DNA of 64,000 bases from NCBI GenBank assembly GCA_965116875.1, contig OZ220733.1, positions 4,032,001 to 4,096,000 of the forward strand. Reading direction: 5' to 3'. The notes under the pieces were generated by a model. The model had not been told where the DNA came from. It made no database searches and saw only the letters and a program-made list of their open reading frames with translations. This document shows positions 52,041 through 59,557 of the stretch, one piece after another. Position 1 is the first letter of the stretch, and each line of letters opens with the position of its first letter. This DNA comes from Candidatus Latescibacterota bacterium (GTDB taxonomy: Bacteria; Latescibacterota; UBA2968; GCA-2709665). Made by a program: the position numbers and the translations under genes.

Positions 52041-52763
52041 TCAATGCGGCGCGAAAGACGTGGGCCGAGGCGGTTTCCGGAGTCTGTATTTGAAGATCGT
52101 GTAAAGAATCTTCCAGCCGGCGCGAATCGTGCCGCTGATGGTTCCGGTGATCTTGGAGACGCCGATTCGGCGTCGATAACTCACCGGCGCCTCGAGGAAC
52201 CGCAATTTCATCCTGACGGCCTTTACCTGCATCTCCACGGTCCAGCCAAACGTCTTGTCCTGCATTTCAAGCCGTAACAGCGAAGGATAGGTTATTGCGC
52301 GGAAGGGTCCGAGATCGGTGAAACGGGCGCCAAACAGGCGGCGGATGAGCCACGTGGCCAGCCAGTTGCCGAAGCGGGCCTGGGGAAGCAGCGCGCCGGC
52401 CTCCCGGTTGCCGAGTATGCGCGAGCCGATCACAAGGTCCGCGCGGCCCTCAACGATCGGCTTCACCAGAAGCGTCATTTCATTGGGGTAGTCACTGTAA
52501 TCACCGTCCAGGAATACGACGATATCGGGTTTCTCGAGCGCGTCGATGCCCGCGAGGCAGGCCCAGCCGTATCCCCTTCGATGTTCGTGAACAATCCGGG
52601 CGCCCATCCGCCTGGCCAGTTCGACCGTCCGGTCCGTGGAGCCGTTGTCCACAACCACCACGTCGGCGTTGAGGTGACCCGGAATATCAGACAGTACGTT
52701 CTGAATGGCTTCCTGCTCGTTGAAAACCGGAATGACCACGGAGATCCTGGGTGAGGCGCGCAT
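52041..52763 (-). CDS. glycosyltransferase family 2 (DPM1-like)
   Basis: VIPVFNE, VDNGSTD, GYG, FLDGD, GSR, SKITGT. Confidence 0.92.
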   Translation of the reverse strand: MRASPRISVVIPVFNEQEAIQNVLSDIPGHLNADVVVVDNGSTDRTVELARRMGARIVHEHRRGYGWACLAGIDALEKPDIVVFLDGDYSDYPNEMTLLVKPIVEGRADLVIGSRILGNREAGALLPQARFGNWLATWLIRRLFGARFTDLGPFRAITYPSLLRLEMQDKTFGWTVEMQVKAVRMKLRFLEAPVSYRRRIGVSKITGTISGTIRAGWKILYTIFKYRLRKPPRPTSFAPH

Positions 52764-52781
52764 GGCGTGATAGTCTGTTAA

Positions 52782-52943
52782 GAAGCTGTTTGAAAATTCC
52801 CAGCGGTCTTCGCACGGCTGCAAAAGCGCCGGTCGGCGTTGGTCAGATTCACCCGTTTAGACAAATATGGGCGGATTCTCCCGCCTTGACCGCCACTTTT
52901 TCGCTCGCGCTCGGGAACTCACCGGGTATTTTAAAACAACTTC
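52782..52943. mobile_element. family B MITE-like element, 162 bp (inverted relative to 45640)
   Basis: TIRs GAAGCTGTTTGAAAATTCCC / GGGTATTTTAAAACAACTTC; preceded by TTAA. Confidence 0.8.
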
Positions 52944-52964
52944 CAGGGGTGGGATGGAAGGCGT

Positions 52965-53165
52965 CTATTTTCTTTCCTGCGTTTTTCGTATCATCCGGGA
53001 CCTTCCTGAGCCGCTTCGACCTTTCAGGCGAGCGACCAGAATAAAGACGCAGAAGACGATGCCCAGGATAACACTGCCCGCAACCTTGTCCGGATGATCC
53101 GCAAACCACATTACGCCCAGCGTGATCAACAGGCAGATGCCAGCAATGAGACTTTCTCTGGTCAT
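52965..53165 (-). CDS. 66 aa two-helix membrane protein with basic tail
   Basis: Two hydrophobic segments, AGAGAGG RBS, promoter TTGACA-17-TAGTTT at 53215-53243. Confidence 0.65.
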   Translation of the reverse strand: MTRESLIAGICLLITLGVMWFADHPDKVAGSVILGIVFCVFILVARLKGRSGSGRSRMIRKTQERK

Positions 53166-53454
53166 GGGATCAGCCTCTCTTTCGGATAGACAATCGACGG
53201 TGTGTACCTGCGGAAAACTAACGGACGGCAGGAGCGTTGTCAATTGATTCAGGCCGGAGGCGGCCTCTCGCGGGCGGTGGCGAGATGCGTTTCGTGAGCT
53301 GGATATTGCGGTCGGCGTCGCGCGGGTTGCCGCGTCGGTGCCTCGGGATCCATAGAACCGGTTTCCTTTCGCCGGGGTGCGAGCATTTGCGGCGAATGTG
53401 ATCAAGGCGCATCTGAACCTGTGCCCCCGCGGGCGCGGGTTTTTTCTTGGAACG

Positions 53455-54678
53455 TCATTGTTTCGCGGAACCGCGCGTGGGGACGTCGGGAGGCGGACGA
53501 TCCGTAAGGGTTTCCGGCACCAGAAACGCAAAGGTGCCGGCGGCGAGCAGGCCGAATCCTGCAATTGCGAAAGTTGCGGGTGAAAGGCCGACCAGATCGG
53601 CGATTCCCCCGACCACAAGTGGCGCGCCTGTATGGCCCGTTTCGCCAACCAGGCGCCAGGCCCCCAGAAACTCGCCAATGGAATCCCCGGGCGCAAGATC
53701 CGCGCCCAGCGTCATCATGGTACCGGCGCCGATGCCGTTGCCCAGTCCCAACAGCGATGTGGCGAGAAGCAGTCCCGTGAAACTGTGAGTGAAAGGTATG
53801 GCCGCCATAGCGATCGCCTGGGTCAGGAAACACGGTACCATGGCGAACTTTCTTCCATAGCGGTCCATAATGTGGCCGGCGGGATAGAAGAGAGACATAT
53901 CAACCAGCGCGGAAACGGTGATGATCCAGCCGATGGCCTGAACGTCCAGACCGATCGCGTCGGCCGCATAGAGGGGCACGACAACGTGGCGGCCGGCCCG
54001 AATGGTCTGCGCAAAGAGTTGTCCGGAACCCGCGGTGGCAAGGTCTCGAAAATGAGTTTTGAATATTTCCAGAAGGGGTCTCAGGCGTCCAGGGCGGACA
54101 TTCCCGGGGCCTGACGACGTTTCGGACGCAAAACTCAAAACCGCGATTAAAACGACAACGGACGCAAGACCCCCAAACACGAGGAACGGGGCTTCCAGAC
54201 CGTAGAATCTTCCGAGTTCGCCGGCCGCCGCCGGTCCCGCGAAGGTCCCGATGCGGTGAATGCCGCCAAAGATTGAGAGCGCCCTTCCGCGATGAAAGAC
54301 GGGGGCGGCGTCGGCAAGGTAGGCGTGACACGAAATGTGCCAGAGGGAACCGCCGACGCCGGCAACAAGACGGAGGCACACGACTTCGTAGATGTCCCGT
54401 GCCCAGAACAGCGCCAGCGTAGAGACGGCAACGCAGCTTACGCCGAGTATCATGGAGGGTTTACGGCCGAAACTTCCAAGAAGGACGCCGGCCGGCAGTG
54501 CGCCGGCCAGCCTGCCCACGCCTTCGGCCGCCAGCACCAGGCCGATGAGGCCGTAAGACGCACTGAATGTCTTCGCATACAGCGGAAGGATTGGAATAAG
54601 CATTCCGTTGCCGAACATCAGCAAAAGGCACGGAACGTATACGGGCAGGACAAGCGGGTTTCGGGCGGATATCGTCAT
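53455..54678 (-). CDS. MFS transporter
   Basis: About 12 TM segments, motif A-like G-x3-DRYGRK. Confidence 0.93.
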   Translation of the reverse strand: MTISARNPLVLPVYVPCLLLMFGNGMLIPILPLYAKTFSASYGLIGLVLAAEGVGRLAGALPAGVLLGSFGRKPSMILGVSCVAVSTLALFWARDIYEVVCLRLVAGVGGSLWHISCHAYLADAAPVFHRGRALSIFGGIHRIGTFAGPAAAGELGRFYGLEAPFLVFGGLASVVVLIAVLSFASETSSGPGNVRPGRLRPLLEIFKTHFRDLATAGSGQLFAQTIRAGRHVVVPLYAADAIGLDVQAIGWIITVSALVDMSLFYPAGHIMDRYGRKFAMVPCFLTQAIAMAAIPFTHSFTGLLLATSLLGLGNGIGAGTMMTLGADLAPGDSIGEFLGAWRLVGETGHTGAPLVVGGIADLVGLSPATFAIAGFGLLAAGTFAFLVPETLTDRPPPDVPTRGSAKQ

Positions 54679-54812
54679 TGGGAGTGAGGAGGTGTACGGA
54701 GATTGGAAGACGGTATGTTAATCAGCCGTCGTGGTTTTGTCAAGGAGCGCGTCGGATTGAACGGTCGGGGCAGTTGCACACCTTGTACATCCCGGGAAAG
54801 GCAGGTTCAACC

Positions 54813-55775
54813 ATGAAGATTGTTCTTTGTCCACCAGTGAGCGAGGCGTTGTGTGAACAGGTGCGTCGAACCGCGCCCGGGGCTGAGGTGGTGATGGCGT
54901 CGATGGGTGAAGCCCCGGAGGTGGTCGGCGACGCGGACGTGATATTCGGAATGTATACGGAGGAGATGATCCGTGCAGCCGGGAAGGTCAGGTGGATTCA
55001 GACCACAAGCGCGGGTATGGACATGTTGATGGACGTTCCGGGAGTACGGGAAGGACAGTTTCAATTGAGCAACGCCAGCGGCCTGCACGCGCTTCAGGTG
55101 GCGGAACACGCGTGGGCGCTGACGTCGGCGCTGTTCCGCGGTCTGCACGTATACATAAGGAATCAGCTTGAGTGCGAATGGAAGGGCGCGCCGATCCGGG
55201 ATCTCTGCGGGGCCACGGCGGGAATTGTCGGGTTCGGCGGAATTGGACGACGCTACGCACGGTTGGCCAGTGGTTTTGATATGCGAGTTCTTGCATTGGA
55301 CGTCCAGCAGCCGGAAATCCCCGATCACGTGGACGCATTGTGGGGGCCGGATCGGCTGGATGAGTTGCTGTCGACGTCCGACGTGGTGTTTATCGCCTGT
55401 CCGTGTACGCCGCAGACGGAGAGGTTGATCAACGCTCATGCGTTTTCCCTGATGAAGAAATCCGCATTCCTGGTCAATACGGCCAGGGGCCCGATTGTGG
55501 ACGAGGCTGCCCTGATCGTTGCGCTCAGGTCCGGTGAGATTGCGGGTGCGGGCCTGGACGTCTTTGAAACCGAGCCGTTGCCGGCCACCAGCCCGCTATG
55601 GCAGATGGAGAACGTGATCATCACGACCCACTCGGCCGGCGTCTCGAGCTACCGGCCTGCACGTACGGTTGGCTTTTTCTGCGAGAATCTGAAGAGGTTT
55701 CTGGCCGGGGAGCCCCTGTTGAACGAGACCGACCGGAATCTCGGTTACCCCACGCTGGGAAGGCGCGTCGAGTGA
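54813..55775 (+). CDS. D-2-hydroxyacid dehydrogenase
   Basis: GFGGIG, VNTARG, GLDVFETEP, TTHSAG. Confidence 0.93.
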   Translation: MKIVLCPPVSEALCEQVRRTAPGAEVVMASMGEAPEVVGDADVIFGMYTEEMIRAAGKVRWIQTTSAGMDMLMDVPGVREGQFQLSNASGLHALQVAEHAWALTSALFRGLHVYIRNQLECEWKGAPIRDLCGATAGIVGFGGIGRRYARLASGFDMRVLALDVQQPEIPDHVDALWGPDRLDELLSTSDVVFIACPCTPQTERLINAHAFSLMKKSAFLVNTARGPIVDEAALIVALRSGEIAGAGLDVFETEPLPATSPLWQMENVIITTHSAGVSSYRPARTVGFFCENLKRFLAGEPLLNETDRNLGYPTLGRRVE

Positions 55776-55806
55776 AGTTCTCAATCCAATCTCGGAAAGG
55801 TCTACA

Positions 55807-57138
55807 ATGGCGGAGATCAGGGCTTTTCGCGGAATCCGGTACTCGATTGACAGAATAGGCGACGTCGGAAACGTGGTTGCGCCGCCTTACGATGTGATCA
55901 ACGGGTCGATGCAGCGTGAATTGTACGACGCGCATCCCAACAACGTCGTACGGGTGATTCAGGGCATGGACTTGGCAGGGGACTCGGATCACGAGAATCG
56001 TTATACCCGTGCCGCGCGGTCATATCGACGCTGGCTGGACGACGGCGTCCTCGTTCGGGACCGCGAAGAGGGAATTTATCTCTACGCCCAGGATTTCGAC
56101 GTGGGTACTCCCGATGGACCGAAAAACAAAACGAGGCTGGGAATTGTGGCGCTGGTGCGCGCGGACGCACTGGGAGAAGGCGCGATTCTTCCTCACGAGA
56201 ATACCATGCCGGGGCCAAGGGCGGACCGGTTGGCGCTCATGCGGCACACCCGTGCGGCCTTCGGTCAGATTTTTTCGTTATACTCCGATCCCGCCGGCTG
56301 TGTGCGCGAAATCGTGGCGCCGGTTCTGGATGAGCCCCCGCTGTTCGCGTTCCGGGGAGAGGATGGCGTCGGACACCGCTTCTGGCGGGTAACCAATCAG
56401 GCAATCACAGGCGGCGTCGCCAGCGCGCTGAAAGACAAGCCGATTTTCATCGCGGACGGTCATCATCGATACGAAACAGCGGTGGTCTACCGGAACGAAC
56501 GCGCGGCGGCCGAAGGCGAGGATTGGCAGGGGAAGCCCTACGGGTATCGGATGCAGACGCTCGTGAATATGGACGACGCGGAGGGGATGGCGATCAATGC
56601 GATTCACAGGGTGGTCGCAGACCTGGGCGCGGGTGGCGTTGAAAGGCTCATCAGGGGGCTGGAGGAACTTTGTGACGTCGAACGGCTGCCTCTCACGGGT
56701 ACGCACTCCGTGTTGCGGGAGTTGAAGCGGCGCGGCGGACGCGGGAACGTCTTCGGATTCTGTCACGGAGCGTGCTCCCACGTTCACTATCTGAGTCTGA
56801 AGAGCGGCATTCCGGCGTCCGATCTGGATTGCGAAGATCACTCGGAGGCGTGGAGGGCGCTGGACACCGGCTTGCTGCATCTGATATTGCGGCGGGTGCT
56901 GGAGCTGGATGAGGAAACACTGACCCGAGGCGACAAGGTGAAGTTCATAAAGGTCGAGCGCGAGGTGCTGGACCTGGTGAAGGCGGCGCCGGACCGGGCG
57001 GGTTTCTTTCTGAATCCGGTCGGCATGCAACAGTTGCGCGACGTTGTGCTCGCCGGAGAGCGAATGCCTCCCAAATCCACGTTCTTTTATCCGAAGGTAT
57101 ATTCGGGACTGGTGATACAGGACCTGGAGTCGTTTTGA
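55807..57138 (+). CDS. DUF1015 family protein
   Basis: APPYDVI, PHENT, IADGHHRYE, MPPKSTFFYPK. Confidence 0.9.
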   Translation: MAEIRAFRGIRYSIDRIGDVGNVVAPPYDVINGSMQRELYDAHPNNVVRVIQGMDLAGDSDHENRYTRAARSYRRWLDDGVLVRDREEGIYLYAQDFDVGTPDGPKNKTRLGIVALVRADALGEGAILPHENTMPGPRADRLALMRHTRAAFGQIFSLYSDPAGCVREIVAPVLDEPPLFAFRGEDGVGHRFWRVTNQAITGGVASALKDKPIFIADGHHRYETAVVYRNERAAAEGEDWQGKPYGYRMQTLVNMDDAEGMAINAIHRVVADLGAGGVERLIRGLEELCDVERLPLTGTHSVLRELKRRGGRGNVFGFCHGACSHVHYLSLKSGIPASDLDCEDHSEAWRALDTGLLHLILRRVLELDEETLTRGDKVKFIKVEREVLDLVKAAPDRAGFFLNPVGMQQLRDVVLAGERMPPKSTFFYPKVYSGLVIQDLESF

Positions 57139-57170
57139 CCGCTGCTTCGGGTAATCGGAGAATCTCACCG

Positions 57171-57208
57171 GAAAAAGGGGCGCCGCGCGCCCCTTTTTCA
57201 ACGGGCTG
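57171..57208. terminator. bidirectional terminator fused to a family A TIR remnant
   Basis: GAAAAAGGGGCGC..GCGCCCCTTTTT hairpin; 57192-57208 is the reverse complement of CAGCCCGTTGAAAAAGG, abutting the CTAG stop. Confidence 0.7.
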
Positions 57209-58393
57209 CTAGAGTACGGGCAAGTCGCCGGGAGCGGGTTCGGAGAGGATTTCGCAGCCGGTATCGGTCACGACCACGTCCTCTTCGAGCATGAAATACG
57301 CGCCATCGGTATATAGAGAAGGTTCAACGGTCAGTACCATGCCTTGCTCCAGAAGGGTATCGTCTTCGAGTTCGATGAAGGGGGGTTCGATAATGTCGAG
57401 ACCGATGGCATGGCCGATTCCGGTGACGCGCCGCGCCTGCTCCGCATAGCCCGCCCTCCTCAGTGTTTCGTTGGAAACGCGAACCAGGTTCGATATTGGG
57501 TTGCCCGGCCGGATCGCGCCGATCGCGGCTTGAAGGCATCCGTGTACGGTCCTGTACGCGTCCTTGTGTCTCCGGTCGGCCCGGCCCAGCGCGAACATCC
57601 GCGTGTAGTCCGACCAGTATCCTCGGTACACGCCGCCGGCGTCGTGGGCGATGAGTTCGCCTTCGGTCAGCACGCGGTCTGTGTGACGGCGCAGACTTCG
57701 ATTGCTGCTGCGCGTGTCTCCCGGGATGCACGTGGCCAGCGTGATCGAACCGGGCGCGTCCATTCCCCGTTTCAGATGCTCCACGCAAAGCAGGCTGTAT
57801 AGTTCCCTTTCCGTCATACCCGGTCTGACGGTGGAAAAGAGGGTGCGATAGGCTCGATTGGTGATCCCCACTGCCTTGCGGATATAGTCAATTTCGGCTC
57901 TTGACTTGGTGAATCGGGTCTTCCAGAGAAATTGCGAGGCGTCGGTGAACCGGACGCCGGGAAGATTGGCCTTCAACCGGCCGAAGTCCTCGTAGGGCAT
58001 TCGCGACCAGAGGACGCCGCCCAGTTCGGCGCCGACGCGGGCCCCGCCAAGTCCGAGTTCGTGGATGACCTCGGTGAGAACGGAGACGCCTGCCCGAACG
58101 CGAATGGGCGGCTGATAGGTGCGCAGGTCTTCGATCCAGGCGTCCTCCTCACACATTCCCGTTTCCAGCGGCGGGACGATGAGAACCGGGTCGCGTTCGA
58201 GCGGAAGCACGGCGAACAGTGAAGTGAATTTGTGACCCCAGCGATGCGTCCAGTGCCCGGTGAAGTAGCGATGGTTCGTGTCCGTGGTAATCAGGACCGC
58301 GTCCAGGTTGTTGCGGGACATGAGATCTCTGAGTCCGGACAGACGTCTTTCATACTCGCCGGCGTCGAAATCGGCGTAATCGCTGGTCAGCAT
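57209..58393 (-). CDS. M24 family metallopeptidase (Xaa-Pro/creatinase fold)
   Basis: D-x-G-x4-GYWSD-x-TR, GHAIGL, EP, EED metal ligands. Confidence 0.9.
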   Translation of the reverse strand: MLTSDYADFDAGEYERRLSGLRDLMSRNNLDAVLITTDTNHRYFTGHWTHRWGHKFTSLFAVLPLERDPVLIVPPLETGMCEEDAWIEDLRTYQPPIRVRAGVSVLTEVIHELGLGGARVGAELGGVLWSRMPYEDFGRLKANLPGVRFTDASQFLWKTRFTKSRAEIDYIRKAVGITNRAYRTLFSTVRPGMTERELYSLLCVEHLKRGMDAPGSITLATCIPGDTRSSNRSLRRHTDRVLTEGELIAHDAGGVYRGYWSDYTRMFALGRADRRHKDAYRTVHGCLQAAIGAIRPGNPISNLVRVSNETLRRAGYAEQARRVTGIGHAIGLDIIEPPFIELEDDTLLEQGMVLTVEPSLYTDGAYFMLEEDVVVTDTGCEILSEPAPGDLPVL

Positions 58394-58443
58394 GGCGGAG
58401 TTCCTTTTCTGCCGGAATTGAGATGAATCCCCTCGCGCCTCAT

Positions 58444-58499
58444 AACCGCCGCTCTTTCCTTCGCGCTCGGGAACTCACCGGTAATTTTAACACAGCTTC
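58444..58499. repeat. family B partial element (one end)
   Basis: TCGCGCTCGGGAACTCACCGG...AACACAGCTTC matches the 52888-52943 end. Confidence 0.75.
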
Positions 58500-58518
58500 C
58501 AGGAATTGAGGTGACGAA

Positions 58519-59364
58519 GTGCCGCTGCAGGCCTTCATTCTGGTCTTGGTTTCCACCGTGATGCACGCTTCCTGGAACTTCGCGGTTCGGAAGGCATCGG
58601 GCAGCCTGGCAGTGTTATGGGTGGGTAAGTGGTTCGCGGTGGCCCTCTGCCTTCCCGCCGTCTGCTACTTTCCGCTCGGGTCGGACGCGGTTGCGGCGTG
58701 GCCCTTTGTCGCCGCAACGGGACTGGCCCATACAGTGTATTTTCTTATGCTGGCCAAAGCATATGAAGAGGGCGAGATTTCGGTTGTGTATCCGCTCGCC
58801 CGGGGTACCGGCGTGGGAGGGACGGCCCTGGGAGCGTGGGTTCTGATCGACGAACGGCTTTCCATTCCGGGTATGATTGGAATCGCGACCGTCCTGCTTG
58901 GAATCATTCTTCTTGGGATTGCCGATCTGCGAGCGCCGAAGAACCGCCGCTCCATTGCGTACGCACTCCTTGTTGGCGTGACGATCGCCGTCTATTCCGT
59001 CGTGGACAAGCAGGGCGTATCCCGCATTCATCCCGTTCACTACGTCTTTTCCGTTTTCCTGATCCCGGGCGTACTCCTGTCCCCTTATGTTCTCTTGCGG
59101 CACAGGCCGGCAGTCGCCCGGACGTGGCGCGGACTCAAGAAATACGCGCTTTGGGCAGGGCCCGGTTCCATGGCAACGTATCTGCTCGTACTCTTCGCCA
59201 TGCGCCTCGGCAAGGTCAGCTATATTCTCGCCGTAAGGGAGTTCTCGGTCGTCATCGGCGCCGCCCTGGGCATCTTCTTTCTGGGCGAGCGATTCGGATG
59301 GCACAAGGGCGTTGGGGTGGGCGCCATCGTGTTGGGCCTGTTGCTGGTCAAGCTGGCGGGCTGA
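58519..59364 (+). CDS. EamA/DMT family transporter
   Basis: MHASWN, AYEEGEISVVYPLARG, REFSV; about 10 TM. Confidence 0.9.
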   Translation: MPLQAFILVLVSTVMHASWNFAVRKASGSLAVLWVGKWFAVALCLPAVCYFPLGSDAVAAWPFVAATGLAHTVYFLMLAKAYEEGEISVVYPLARGTGVGGTALGAWVLIDERLSIPGMIGIATVLLGIILLGIADLRAPKNRRSIAYALLVGVTIAVYSVVDKQGVSRIHPVHYVFSVFLIPGVLLSPYVLLRHRPAVARTWRGLKKYALWAGPGSMATYLLVLFAMRLGKVSYILAVREFSVVIGAALGIFFLGERFGWHKGVGVGAIVLGLLLVKLAG

Positions 59365-59557
59365 TGTTCCCTTCCGATGACGAAACGTCGAAATCCGCGG
59401 TTCAAGATAGCCGGGTGAAAGGGGGGCGTCAAGCGATTAAGCCCTCTGCGCCGATGCCGCGCGAATGGGAGATTTCGCTTTACAGGCCTGCGGCCGTTCC
59501 GTATCATACGGCGGCTGATCGTGGCGGTTTTGAAGTGTACGAATACCGATCGGAACG

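Noticed and set aside
59361-59400. Hammerhead ribozyme-like CGATGA...GAAA
   Set aside because: Core reads CCGATGA rather than CTGANGA, and stem II geometry does not fit
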